Shown: positions 35,901-49,459, numbered from the whole stretch's first letter. The stretch is 63,899 bases of DNA, filler included, from Lenisia limosa (GCA_001655205.1; 8 parts of 8 records of this genome joined end to end with filler, not necessarily neighbours in it), one strand, 5' to 3'. The notes: generated by a model not told the origin, from the letters alone. A program made the numbers and translations.

Positions 35901-37675
35901 ACCTTTTCGGAAAAGAAGTATTTAATGTACTTCCATCAGATATAAAGCCTGAACTTGATGCTCTTGATGACGGGTGGTCTTCGGCGGCCTCACTGGGATG
36001 TCTGAAGTGGATCCTCGGTCCGCGAGGCAGCTTTGCGATGGTGAGACATACTCAACATTCATTTTTGTACGCGCTGATGTGACCAGTTGGTTAAATACAT
36101 TGGTAAACGTATTTCTCAATTGGACGTATCTCTTTTTCTATTCTTACGCTTTAAACAGGTAATGCATATCAGTTTGATTCTCATTCTGGTCACCTTCCAA
36201 ATGGGTGATAGGCCGAAGCTCACCTTCTCGAGGAAGGACATGTACGACTCCGCCGAACCCGCTCACCAGTTCTTTGAAAAGGGTGGGTTCTGAATGGCCA
36301 CTTGCATTTGAGATTTGATTGCTTTTCTATTAATTTGTATAGATGAAGAATTATTCGGTAACCTTACAATGCCATTCGAGATCATTGTTGAATCTGAACA
36401 TTTTGAGGCAATTGAAAGTGGAAAGAAACTGACTGAACTTTCTAATAGAGTATGTTTACAGCCAAGAAATCTAGCACCGACCTTTATCTATTATCTCGTT
36501 TTTCATTGAATAGCTGTCGCAACTTCCCTGGGTTCTTGCCGGATCCTCTTACCGTGACTTTTACCATGAGTTCCTGACATGGCTACAAGACCCTCCCAAT
36601 AACAGTAAGCTTGACATTATCTTATGGATGAGAATGTATAACAACTGTCGTGGGTTTAATTTTGAGTTTATTGTATTGCTTCAAATTACTGAAATGGATA
36701 TATTTCCTCTTTAGAGCTAACTTTGAGGTACACTTATTGACGGATACCCGGACCCGAATCTATTCAATGGCCAACTGCAGGACTTCTTCGATTACAACAT
36801 GAAGGCATGTATGTTCATAACCTCATGATCAGAAAGTCTTTTTCTTTTCATCAATTTAGATGAATTTGTACCAGACATGAAATACACCCCAAAAGGCACT
36901 TTATGCGCAGCGCGAATGCAGGGTCAGGTTCTACCCACACCCGCTGTTGATGACCAAGCCAAAGCCGTCAGAGATATACAGCAAGTTGTCAGCGATATGA
37001 GCACCTCTGATTTTAAGGTTGACATTGTTGTACTTTTTTGTTTGTTTTTGATTGTTTATTGTATTTTCGCTCACCAGTACCATTCAGGTATCAGTCTATG
37101 CTCCCGCCTTTCGTGAATACGCTGAATTCACACATATACCTCGCACCCTGGTACACATTCTCGGTTTTACTATCAGTAAGCCTATTTTCTCACATCACTT
37201 ACATTTAGTATTTTCATTATTTTTTGGTCTCATTTTTTTGCATCCTGTCCAGGCCATTCTTATCTCCACTGGTGTCCTCCTCTCTTCTCGTGAGCTGGGA
37301 GTTATAAAGAGTACATCTGGCACTATTTATATTGACTAACTTTACAGTTACGACTTACGCAATGGTTCTAATAAAACACTTCGCAGAGACTAACAGTCTT
37401 GGCATACCAGTGACCCTCTACACGGGGCTTATACCTGTTGTTGTTTCTGCTGTCACGACAGTTTCGGCTGTTCCCGACTCTTCTGACCCATATCGCTTAC
37501 CAATCTCCTCTTCTGTTCAGAATGAACGGTTTGCCTCAGCAATTGATATCGAAGTATAATTCCCTTCATTTACCCTAAATATGTCATATTTCTCATGTAT
37601 CCAGGAACTGCAGTACTCCTTTATCGCCGCGTTGTCCAAATGACCCTCAAGGACTTTTCCGACCAGTCAGCATGA
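32980..37675 (+). CDS. Patched/Dispatched/MMPL-like RND-superfamily multi-pass membrane protein
   Basis: Luminal region followed by a TM cluster (IPAAISTAAVFTLLFVIMWSVL; ILGLEVLAFFG...FTAICMAFILE; ESYATTRTALVHFMIIFIICSTGVAT; GLEIAATAAGTLVFSLLLLPLLLA), a second luminal region (FGNLTMPFEIIVE; YEFVPDMKY...LCAARM...DQAKAVRDIQQVV; VYAPAFREYAEF) and further TMs. Duplicated RND architecture; start and stop approximate. Confidence 0.65.
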
Positions 37676-37749
37676 TATGATATGATGACATGTTGACTTA
37701 TGAGTTAATTATTAGAGCTCCTGGTTTTTATTATTCACACACTACAGCG

Positions 37750-37799
37750 CATCGACTTGGGATTCCCAACAGAAGAAACATGGGAATCCCAAGTTGATG
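37750..37799. repeat. 19-bp-stem hairpin between convergent 3' ends
   Basis: catcgacttgggattccca / tgggaatcccaagttgatg, one mismatch, 12-nt loop. Confidence 0.85.
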
Positions 37800-37871
37800 T
37801 ACCATAGTATCTTTTCTAGATCTCTGTGGTACCTATTTTATGCATGAACTTTTCTCAATTTAATTAACTGC

Positions 37872-40808
37872 CTACATATTCATCACGCCACAGGTCTGCC
37901 CCATGGTGGTAGGAAAGTGGTTCCGAGGACTGCGACGGTTTACGCTCATCGAATCCCCTGCCAAAGCCGTTTCACTGGGATTGGTTGGGGGGGGGGCAAC
38001 TTCTTCTTGCACTTTTTTCTGCTGAATGCTATAGTCGATTGTATTCCACTCTGTTGCTGTATAACGAAACATAGGTTCCAGTTCTCTCGTTTGTAGGACT
38101 TTTGTTTGCGCCAGCCCCATTTTTGGCGTCTTTTGGCCTTGGCCTTCTAATTGTTTCCGCTCTTTCTCTTTGTTTGTGGGGAGAATCTGGCACTACCACT
38201 CGCCTGTAGGACGTACCACGATTATTTATACCGGTTTCCGCGCGAATGATGTGACATTGTAGTGTTCTGCTGGTGGATGCCTGAAGTTCTCATGGCGATT
38301 TTCACGGACAACCTCCATTCAATCAAGTCTTTTGTAGGAACTAAAATTCATCATTTATTCTTCTAGGGTAATACTGTGTCTTTCCAGGATGTTTAATCCT
38401 GCATTTCAATTGTATAAATTCTGATCTGATTAGATTTAATTTTGTTTATTATTATTTAATACATGTCATCCTTTTCCAAACAGTACCAGTATTATTTCAA
38501 TCAAATTGCTAATAGGCACAATGTGCAAAAGGAAAGCCTGTCCTCTCACAAATATGAATCAAGAATTATCTGAGGGCAACCCACACAGGTGTCACGGCAG
38601 AAGGTCTCTAAATATAGTAACAGAGTACCTTTTCAAACTATCATTCGCTCAAAGACATTTGATAAATATACTAACTCAAGCTAACATATTATATATGATA
38701 TTGCATTTGGATGATATCATACTATCATGAATTACCCCCCCTCACAATTCCAAAAAAAGGAGGCATTTCCGAAAACGAGTTTGAACTATACACTGATGAA
38801 GGAGAAAGCCCTCCATTGTTGTTGATGTATTGGCTAAAGAGTAAAATTAACCGAAAAGCATGAATGCAAAATGGCTAGGTCGCTTACAAGGGATGCATGG
38901 TTTCTTGAATGATGCCTCCACAGATTCCAGCAGCACACCCATGGCTGTCTGACCCTCTTGAATAGTAACGACGATACAGTACACTTCACCTTTCCGAAAA
39001 AATATTCACTTATCTAACAAAAGAACAAAATGTTGCCACTTCGAGGAGATTAAAACTGGTACCGGAAAGCACCAGAACACGCACCGACCCCCAACCTATA
39101 TACTGAAAAAGCGTCACCAGAACTGTGACAACTTATGCCCAAATCAAGCCCTAAATCGTTGATATCTAAATCAAGAGTGGCAAGCAAAATAAACCGTGTA
39201 TTATGAGCTCATATTGTCATTGATACTTTGAGTTTCCCCTCTCCCTGATTATTCTTTCTGCTACACTCATGGAAAACCGCAGGACCGCCATAGGTGGAAT
39301 CACTACGCCTCATCATAATGGCTGACTTGCTAAAAATTGTTGCAATGCCGCCATATTGCTTCCCATCTGAGTACCACTAAACAGTCAAATTCATTATAAT
39401 TACCCAAACATTCCAATAATGTCCATAACCTTAGTTTCTGATTCATTAAAAACTTGAAGGATTACTGCAACAAGAAAAAAAAAACTATAAACCACAATAG
39501 AGAGGAAATATCGGCAGTTAAAAATTATTTCTCACATCTGGACTATAAAAAAAGTCTGTATTGACACAGTCTCCATCGTCAAGGCCATCCATAGCAAACA
39601 TAACGGACTGATCAAGGGTATCAGGGATCTAGAGGACTTTTAGATATCCAAGCATGTATTGTGAACTCTCAGAATGTAGATATACGTCAGGCTAATTGTT
39701 TTAAACGATATTTAAAGATACTAATGCCACCCAATACATTTACTGGCTTCAACCAGCTCCCACCCCTCACCATTGCCCCAGTAATTGTGAGGTAGTCGGT
39801 GCCAAGACCATAGATCAGCTCGGTTGGCTTGAACAACAGATCACGACCTGAATGTATCAATACCAAACTCTTATGAAGAAAATAAGTTTGAAATCAAAAA
39901 CGTGTCCTTCGTACCTGCAATTGAGAATTCCTTGGTTGCGTGAATACCATACTGAGCCTCCCTCTGAAAAATATTAGAAAAAATACCCAATATTTGAAAT
40001 GACAAAAGAAAACCAAATGCATGAACAACTGCTTGCACCATAGATCTACCTTATCTGTTGGTGTTACGTATATCTCCCTACATTGGCATCGCTGGTAGTA
40101 TAGAGGAAACTGGCTGCAGGATACTTCGAAAAGGCCTTACCAACCACTAAATATGAGTGGTTGAATAGCCCCTAGAATCATCAGGTGGACGTTTAACAAT
40201 CCAAGAAAATTAAGATAAACTTTAATAACTAAAAGGGTGATCAGCCGCTACTTCTAAACGTTGTCCATTTCAACCATGCAAACCACAATGCAGTAGGCGT
40301 TAATGATGGAACCATCAGCGAGTTGGAGCTGTATTATCGAGGACTTGGATACTCCTTAAACGTGAACATATGAAATGAGAAAAGCCCAAAGTAGTGAGAA
40401 CAGCATTGAAAGCAGGAACAATGTACACTTCTTTAAAAGAAAAGAAATTGAAGAGCGCTCACAAACCTTCACATGAAGTTCGTAGTCCATTCAGCTCATC
40501 TACCTCTGAATGTGTAAAAGGGAAAAACAGAAATGTTCAAAATAACACTGAAAATTATGTCATCATTCATATGATCTGGGTAAAAAACGAAGACTGAAAA
40601 CAGCAACTCATCTTTTACTATTAGAAATGTACCACGCTGACTATTTTGCAGTTCAGTAACAGTGGCGGTCAAGTTCACAATCGTTTCGTGGAGGGTTTTT
40701 AAAGAAATATCTTCAACATCTATAAAGTCAATTTCAAGGCAATGGGTGCAGCATATACTGTCCTTATAAAGGCCAGGAGATGATTTCAAAAAGAAGAAAG
40801 CATTTTTG

Positions 40809-40843
<35 letters not shown>

Positions 40844-41435
40844 AAGATAAAGGAGGTAACATATTAGATCGATTTTCTGTTTCGTTCAAACGAAGAATAC
40901 CAAATCTACTCATGAAAACTCTTCATCACTCCGACATACCCAACACATACCTTCAATAACGAAATCATATGCTCTAATTGCGGCATCTTTTGAAGAGATC
41001 CTTGAGCATAATAAGAAGAAAATATGGATGAGAGATTATGGTGCCTAGAGGCAAAGCAAATTTAACACAGACTCCGCAAACCAAGTTGCAGAACCTGCAT
41101 ATACAACAGAAGCTAGGAGAATAACGCAAAGGGAAATACAATTTCGGCAAAACACCGTCATCTCGAGACAGATTTGGTAAAAGTGGTATTTGCTCTACTA
41201 TCTGGTGTTCTAGTGTATGATTAAAAAAATAAAATTTCCGTACAATGCTTTTTTCAAGCTATAACAAGCCGAATAACAGCATCAAATTGCCGGTGCGTGC
41301 GTGCCGGGAAACTACAAGGACCACACCCCAACACGTGCAGCAACCGAGAAGTCTAGAGACTAAAAGCAACAGATCAAAAAAAACAAGCAGCACCCACACA
41401 CACACCAGCACAACAGCACAACAGCTTGCTAGCAT
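37872..41435 (-). CDS. Multi-exon gene, possibly secreted, with short coiled coil and a fibrinogen/intelectin-like N-terminal motif
   Basis: Hydrophobic start MLASCCAVVLVCVW (ATG 41435); DVEDISLKTLHETIVNLTATVTELQNSQR; LRTSCE|GVSKSSIIQLQLADGSIINAYCIV|VVGKAF resembles SC..i...sG.y.i.....yC.m; many regular GT-AG exons. Confidence 0.5.
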
Positions 41436-41749
41436 AATGAAACTACTGACTCGGTCTTTCCTCTGCCTTGCCTTTCTAGAAGTGAGGAGACTCAAGTGGA
41501 TCTAATATAATGAAGCAGTTGTTTCTTTCTTCTAATTTTCCAATATATCATGGCAGGAACTTCCATTATGATTACTCATTAAAGAATTTGTATACTTTTT
41601 TTTTTTTGTGTGTGTGTGTGTGCGTGTGCGGCTTGTTAATATAAGACCTTGACCTTGACTTGACGTGAAGAATGTAGAATGTTGTGCATGACGGAAACTA
41701 ACCGTCGATTAGAAACCTTTTATCTTTGATGTGCTTCTTTTTGCTACTT

Positions 41750-43862
41750 GTTTAGATCTTGCAACATTGTTGTTATCTAATACTATAACCATTGTAATTC
41801 TAATTCCTGTCAGGTAAGTGCAGCTAGCAATGGTAACTATACTTGGGCCTTCACCAAAGACTTTACTATAACGGGCTACTCGATATTGAATGGCGAGAAA
41901 GTTCCTTTTAGGTGAGATTGGCGTCTTATTCGAGAGACAATGCAAGGGTATGCCATCATTAGTTTCATGGATACTTCATCCCCTTCTCTTCACCCTCTCC
42001 CTCTAGAATGTCCGTTTTGAAACGCTAGTCACCTCTGGACCTGTCATGTCCATCATAACTGATGAGGATGTGGTGGGTGGGGTAACTAGTTGTAATACAA
42101 CAGAAAAATGTGACATCAGTGGTATAATACAGCATCTTAAAATCCTTTTTGAGGAACTGTTACCGTCAAGGAATCCTGTCATTTTTTTGGAAACTGTTGC
42201 TGGCTGAGCTATGCGCATTGTTTCTTTCTCACAATACAACCCTAATTGGCCAAAACTTTTCCTTTGTAAAGAATATACTATGAGGGGATTTGTAATTGCT
42301 CGGCAGTCCTGCCAGTTTGTTAAAGCAGGTCTCCAACCAGATTCATTACGTAATCTTAACCGGGCCGAAATCTATGATTTTTGCTAAAAAAAAGGGGGGG
42401 GGGGAGGGGGCAGAAGCGGTACCCTAAAACCATGGGAGAAACCTTATACTCCGAGGTTTCATTCTAGTNNNNNNNNNNNNNNNNNNNNNNNNNNNNNNNN
42501 NNNNNNNNNNNNTGCGGACTACATTAACTGACACAAAATATTGGCCACGTATTAAAAAAAATTATATTGAAACGAATTTATTTTGCGTATTTGAAGGTCA
42601 CGCTTCCTTAGCTCTCAAGGCGTACTTCTACCTTGAAAACATCATTTTAAACTCAATATGATTGCAATTTTGAATTCCTATACTCACTTTCTAGCTTCTT
42701 GTTTGTTACCCTGGTGAAGATGGGAAAACAGCCACATGTGAAGTTCGTGATCGCCCAATTCACCGTTTGAGGATTGCAATTAATTGAAGGGATACAGCAC
42801 AATTCTTTTCTGATATTTTCAGCCTCATTCCAAGCCTTTGACATCAATCTCGGTACCATTTTTATGAATAACCATTTGGTGGGAGAAAGGTTAAAATGAG
42901 ATCATGAGATCATCAGATATTGTATTTTGAAAATCCGTTTTCTTGACTATTCAGACTCACAGAATGACTTTTAAGAACAAGGATGGTACCTACAATAATC
43001 CATTCTATATTGATGATGCTACTCGTGGGTGGTACTTTTGAAACCAGACGTACTCATTTTCCAGTCAAAAACAATTACTGAATATTTAGTTAGATATGAT
43101 GTAAAGGAATATTATGGCAACCATAGTAACAAAGTGAATCTAATCTCATATTATGTGAATAAACTGTTTTCTTCCCATTACAATTAGCAGCTATGCTGGG
43201 ACTCCTCGTTGGCGTCCTGAAATTGCCTCTGATATCATATTGAAAATATGTCAAATTTTTTTACAAAAGTGAAACCCTGATGCAGAGTGGTCCACATTTT
43301 GACTTTGTTAGAAAAGCCCATCCAATCTGGTAATGAAACGGATTTACAGTACTTCTACGAGACGTACTCCACGGTTTGGCTTGGGTAGTTGAGTCATAAT
43401 CATAGTATAGCAATTGCATTATATATACTATGTGATATTGTAGTATATACATATCGATATATACATATCATATGATATGGTAGAGGTTATGCGGAAAATG
43501 AAGAGCAATTTTCCGCATCCTAAGGACCCGACAAGAAAAGTCTCAGAAAAGCTGATTTGGAAAACAAGTTTCTTGGGCAACTTTCTCCCGTCCTCAGATT
43601 TATCGAGTTGTCCTCTTCTTCCCCCTAGCTCCCTACCAATAATCAATATGAATGACTGGATGTCAAATATATATTGTAAGTTGTTGTATGTTGTATACTA
43701 TGTATACTATACTATATCGATTATTATATAATATAGTATATCGATATATCATATACATTTGTATTGTTGCTGATTTTTTCCTTTACCTGACAGTCCCTTC
43801 CCGAAAACCCAAAACTCTTCGAGGCAGTTCCATCAATAACGTGTCACAAAAGACTGAGGTGA
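41750..43862 (+). CDS. Multi-exon gene fragment of unknown function, 3'-truncated
   Basis: Exons DFTITGYSILNGEKVPFR|NVRFETLVTSGPVMSIITDEDVV; NKDGTYNNPFYIDDATRG|YDVKEYYGNH|SYAGTPRWRPEIASDIILK|ETLMQSGPHFDFVRKAHPIW|YFYETYSTVWLG with GT-AG borders. Confidence 0.5.
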
Positions 43863-43942
43863 GCGTTATCATGGGGCGGTTATTCGTTTGGTATTGTGAT
43901 ATATGGGGCTTGGTGGGTGTGGGTGGGGATCTGTGAGGCTTA

Positions 43943-44042
43943 NNNNNNNNNNNNNNNNNNNNNNNNNNNNNNNNNNNNNNNNNNNNTTAATTAATTAANN
44001 NNNNNNNNNNNNNNNNNNNNNNNNNNNNNNNNNNNNNNNNNN
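43943..44042. other. Artificial scaffold linker
   Basis: N44-TTAATTAATTAA (43987-43998)-N44. Confidence 0.98.
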
Positions 44043-44094
44043 CCCCCCCCCCCCCCTTATTTTTTGAGACATGTCTGAGCCCTGTGGTAGCACA

Positions 44095-45767
44095 GTGAAC
44101 TCACCTTTGTGGTTTGGAACATTGACAGAGGGTGGGAGGGCCGAAGGAGTGCCTGTAATAACCTGGGGAAGAGTTAATGGATAACTGTGATGCAGAAAAA
44201 GTAAAAGGGTTGATGATCTGGTCAAATCCACCATAATATCAATAACGTTGTGATCAATGCAAAGTATTAAGCAAGTGGGCAAGCGAGCCTNNNNNNNNNN
44301 NNNNNNNNNNNNNNNNNNNNNNNNNNNNNNNNNNNNNNNNNNNNNNNNNNNNNNNNNNNNNNNNNNNNNNNNNNNNNNNNNNNNNNNNNNNNNNNNNNNN
44401 NNNNNNNNNNNNNNNNNNNNNNNNNNNNNNNNNNNNNNNNNNNNNNNNNNNNNNNNNNNNNNNNNNNNNNNNNNCACCGGGACTGCGGGTTTACTGCGAC
44501 CCACCACAGGGTTCGATCTGCGATATCAATTGCACCCAGAGTATATATTAATGAGGTAAGAAAGCCAGAATTGGTTTTGGCACGTTATTATGTGAGACCT
44601 TTCTTGGCGGTTTCCTTTGGGGATATTTGTGCTAAAGCTCATTTTATTAGAAGACAACTTATCACAGATATGAAATATCGATATTTCATGCAATAGAGGG
44701 GGTGTGAAACAAATGTTCCCCTAGTATTAAAACTCAGTCAAACATACCGGATCGGAGAGAGGGGGGTTGTACGCGCAGTGGGGGNNNNNNNNNNNNNNNN
44801 NNNNNNNNNNNNNNNNNNNNNNNNNNNNNNNNNNNNNNNNNNNNNNNNNNNNNNNNNNNNNNNNNNNNNNNNNNNNNNNNNNNNNNNNNNNNNNNNNNNN
44901 NNNNNNNNNNNNNNNNNNNNNNNNNNNNNNNNNNNNNNNNNNNNNNNNNNNNNNNNNNNNNNNNNNNNNNTTCATATTGAAAACGAATTTCAGTGCTATG
45001 ACTTATCGCGGTCAATGCACATACATATATGATATATATGACATATGATAGAAACCATACCAGGTTGCCTTGGCTGGGGTTCAGAGGAGTCGATTCCGAG
45101 AGACGTGTACATTTCGTCATCAAAGTAGTTGTTATCATCCTATAGTGTAAAGGAATTTGTGTTGCCCAAAGAACAACTTTTTTGCAAAAAGCAAAGTTGG
45201 TTGTGAATGATCCTNNNNNNNNNNNNNNNNNNNNNNNNNNNNNNNNNNNNNNNNNNNNNNNNNNNNNNNNNNNNNNNNNNNNNNNNNNNNNNNNNNNNNN
45301 NNNNNNNNNNNNNNNNNNNNNNNNNNNNNNNNNNNNNNNNNNNNNNNNNNNAAAGCCCAAAAAAACCCCATGGCAAGAACCTGCAATGCAAAACACCCTC
45401 GTGCATTCCTCTATGTTCGCTAAAATAATCTTTATTTGATTATTCAATATCAGCCACATACCTGCTCCGGCATGAGCACATCGTTATCAAGCATCCTCAT
45501 CGCCATCTCAAGGCCGCGAATGTTGGTCTTGTGCGACTTTATCCTTGTATCCAAGACCTTCCTTCGGTGACTTTCGCCGTCACTTGCCTCTGAAAACGGT
45601 GAGAAAAATATTATAATTTGGCAAGAGTATTAACACAATATGGCATCGGGTTAAATAAGAAGTTGTCACCCCCCACTCTTCTTGTTTTGAATAATCTCAA
45701 GGTCAGCCCCCATGGCCTCTTCCTCCTCCTCCAGAGTAGAAATCACGATTGATACCCATTCGCGGAC
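44095..45767 (-). CDS. CNOT3: CCR4-NOT complex subunit NOT3/NOT5 (internal fragment)
   Basis: VREWVSIVISTLEEEEEAMGADLEIIQNKKSGG, HRRKVLDTRIKSHKTNIRGLEMAMRMLDNDVLMPEQ (cf. RH..HI..LE.ILR.LDN..L.P.Q) and DDNNYFDDEMYTSLGID match the Not3 N-terminal domain. Confidence 0.85.
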
Positions 45768-45880
45768 CTGAAGAAGGTTACATAATGGATGGACCCTTTT
45801 ATGAGTGCAAGACTAATAAACATTTGATAATGGTTCACAAAAAACAGGTTGTTAGTGTATATATATAAAAAAAAGCTGCA

Positions 45881-45980
45881 NNNNNNNNNNNNNNNNNNNN
45901 NNNNNNNNNNNNNNNNNNNNNNNNTTAATTAATTAANNNNNNNNNNNNNNNNNNNNNNNNNNNNNNNNNNNNNNNNNNNN
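45881..45980. other. Artificial scaffold linker
   Basis: N44-TTAATTAATTAA (45925-45936)-N44. Confidence 0.98.
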
Positions 45981-46112
45981 TCCGAAGCCGTGAACACCAT
46001 CAAGCTTATATATGATATATAAGAGATATTGGATTATAGTATATATAATATGAATTCACCCAATCATTTGCCTTACAACTCTATGCACACATCTTTCTAT
46101 GTGCCTCCCCAG
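45981..46112 (+). repeat. Repeat family B copy with 3' hairpin
   Basis: ccgaagccgtgaacaccatc...aagagatattggattatag...ttcacccaatcatttgccttacaactctatgcacacatctttctatgtgcctcccc. Confidence 0.85.
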
Positions 46113-47506
46113 AATTTTAAATTCTGAACATTATCCAGTAGTGAGATTCATATCCACAAGTGATTCGATTTAAACTTGTGTGCTTTCAAAATCCACCCCC
46201 CCCCCCATCTAACCTCAATGGTTGGATCAAGCAACGAANNNNNNNNNNNNNNNNNNNNNNNNNNNNNNNNNNNNNNNNNNNNNNNNNNNNNNNNNNNNNN
46301 NNNNNNNNNNNNNNNNNNNNNNNNNNNNNNNNNNNNNNNNNNNNNNNNNNNNNNNNNNNNNNNNNNNNNNNNNNNNNNNNNNTTGACTGTTCGAGGGGGC
46401 TGAAACGACGTTAAATCATGAAGTGTCTTTTTCGTGCATGCTCAAATAGGTGTGAGCACCTGTCACACCACAAACCGTGGGCGCGGAAGTATGATAATGT
46501 GTTTATGGTGGTATCCCTATGTATATATTTATTTCCCAAGATTTCTAGAGAATAATATTACTCTTGCCCAAAAAAAAAAACAACCATGGTTAATAGTTCT
46601 GTGGAGGAGGACGGAATGGGGGGCCGGAANNNNNNNNNNNNNNNNNNNNNNNNNNNNNNNNNNNNNNNNNNNNNNNNNNNNNNNNNNNNNNNNNNNNNNN
46701 NNNNNNNNNNNNNNNNNNNNNNNNNNNNNNNNNNNNNNNNNNNNNNNNNNNNNNNNNNNNNNNNNNNNNNNNNNNNNNNACTAATATTGATATAAGGGTT
46801 CTTTTTGGACCAGAATGAATAATTTGATTCAAAACATCCACGTTCCTACATTTCCTTGATAGTGGGGTGAATACATTGCGAAGGAGTAAATAAATACCAC
46901 AAGCAACTTCATTCGCTTTTCAAAGGGCTGCGAACGGAGACAGTTGATCGTGTTCTAAGGGGTGAGTTTTAATGATTAATGGTTAAGATTGAAGGATGAC
47001 TACGGGTGATTGAATCTCGTGAAAGGGAAACCAAGCATCCCATATATTATTCCCTGTTTTATTTCGAATTGAATATATCTGATATATTACTAGTTTAAAG
47101 TAACATCAAAACTAAAAGAGAAAAGTGATTGGTACTTATTGTTGGGCTTCACTAAAATTTAATATATCAAAACCGGTCAAATGGAGAGAGTTTTCGAGAT
47201 TTATTGGGACATCCTGTCTTTTATCAGACAAAAGAGAGGCGCTAGTTACATACCTGCACATGTTGTTTGTGACTATAAGGGCTGGGAGACAAGTTGGAGA
47301 ACGGTGGAGACTACATGCGTTAAAATGGTATATGTAGAGAGGTAAAAATGGGGAACAATTATCACCATCATTCATCATCATCACCCCCCCCCCCCCNNNN
47401 NNNNNNNNNNNNNNNNNNNNNNNNNNNNNNNNNNNNNNNNNNNNNNNNNNNNNNNNNNNNNNNNNNNNNNNNNNNNNNNNNNNNNNNNNNNNNNNNNNNN
47501 NNNNNN

Positions 47507-48230
47507 CGGAGGTAAAGTCGGAGGCGTCGTTGATGAGAGTCTCCAAAAGCTCGACAAAAGGAGATGATCGGTCGCTGGGGAGGGGGTTAATGGGTATTAA
47601 TGAAAATAAAAAGAAATCCCTAAATCAACGATAGCATCACATACGTAATCAACGATGGGAATCCAAGCACAATTGCTGAGTCATTACAGGGGAACAACTC
47701 GTCAGCCACTGCAGCAGCGAAAACAGCTCTGAGTACGGAGTTGAGGTCCTCTTTTTTCCTTGATTGCGATGAATGCAGATCTAAGCAAATGAAGGTCTCT
47801 CATCAGAGTTAGCAGTAAAGTCTCTAATGAAACTTGAATCAAGAGAGAAAAAAAGCCAGTTACCCCCCCCCCCGAAAAAGCAACACCACCCCNNNNNNNN
47901 NNNNNNNNNNNNNNNNNNNNNNNNNNNNNNNNNNNNNNGGTGCTTGCTCGATTTTGCCGCCTGAGCCATAAGCGGCCAAAATCTCGTCAGCTTCAGATAA
48001 GAGGATTGACCAGCTAAGTAATTAAATTTTGGCTTGTTTGGTGTTTTGCCTCCCCCGCAATATACAGTGACCGAGATAAGCCTTGACTTATGCATCTCAT
48101 TTATTATGAAACAGAAAAGCAAAAGACTAAAAGGAGGAAATCGGCCAAGACTTATCCCGGTCACTGCACACACTGTATACCAACCTAATGGGCGTCCAAC
48201 TGGGATCAGGAAGTGATGGCACAATCTGTG
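47507..48230 (-). CDS. Gene fragment of unknown function (several exons)
   Basis: WSILLSEADEILAAYGSGGKIEQA; DLHSSQSRKKEDLNSVLRAVFAAAVADELFP; DRSSPFVELLETLINDASDFTS, each after a YAG acceptor. Confidence 0.45.
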
Positions 48231-48574
48231 ACGTGTAAATAATATGAGCGCAAGAACAATATGAAATAAAACCGGGATACCAAAATAGGGCTACCATTAG
48301 GACTTCGAGCAAATGATTGTTTATCACGCTTTAATCACACTTTTTCAGAGGGTCATGGTTCATGAGGTAAGGTTAAACAATATAATATAGTATATACTGT
48401 ATATCATATTATATTGGATGTACACCCTTCGTGAAAAAGGATGTTTGAGAAGTTAGTTGACAAAATTTGAAACTAACTTGTCTGAAAGGGATAATATTTC
48501 GGATAATTGCACAGAACCCTAGATATACATATATATCTTTATATAATGAATATTTGCGTCGTAAATTGTACCTA

Positions 48575-48638
48575 AGGCTTCACTTTGGTTCGAAAAATCC
48601 CAATAAATATCGATAATTTTCGAACCGAAGTGGAGCCG
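48575..48638. mobile_element. MITE family A, shortest copy
   Basis: ggcttcactttggttcgaaaa...ttttcgaaccgaagtggagcc. Confidence 0.88.
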
Positions 48639-49459
48639 AAATTGTCTCCATATATACATGTAAAGAAAAAATATGTCCTCATCCTCCCCCCCCCCCCAAN
48701 NNNNNNNNNNNNNNNNNNNNNNNNNNNNNNNNNNNNNNNNNNNNNNNNNNNNNNNNNNNNNNNNNNNNNNNNNNNNNNNNNNNNNNNNNNNNNNNNNNNN
48801 NNNNNNNNNNNNNNNNNNNNNNNNNNNNNNNNNNNNNNNNNNNNNNNNNNNNNNNNNNNTTCAACGTAAAACAAAGGAAAATGCGATGAAGAATATTAGC
48901 GTAATTACTTAGTAACAATGAAACATTTATGAAACAACAAACCCAGAATCGACTATGTTGGTGCATTTGGTAAACACACAAGGGGTGGAGAGTGAAATTG
49001 GGAGGGAGGTAAAAGAGTAAATTTTATGAAGCAAACACGAACAATGAACTCTGTTGGCCGGTTGAAAACAACAAACGAGGGTTGAAAACAACACAACAAA
49101 CAGAGTCCGTATTTTGATATAAAGAAAGTGAATTAAGAAATCCTTATTTATGTTAATGAGTATTATTAAGTTTAGAAAGTGAGAATTTTTGATGTAAAGA
49201 AAGTGAGTATTGTATGTAACGTTACAGAAATGACACGAAGAAATAGCTCCCGCTCACCTTCAGAATTTAGAATAACTCGGTTGCATGATCTTGTTTGTAC
49301 ATCTTTGGCAAAGAGAGAGGCGAGAAAGCACAAAATTTAAATAATAAAAGGGATTAGTTTTGATTAGGGTATTTTACTTTCATTTTCAACTTTTCATGCC
49401 TTTTCTCAGTTATTCCCACTCTATAGATATAATAACTATATAACTATCCAAAAAGAAGG

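Noticed and set aside
40808-40843. (AT)n run and (GT)n run near 41608-41628 as special features
   Set aside because: Ordinary microsatellites.
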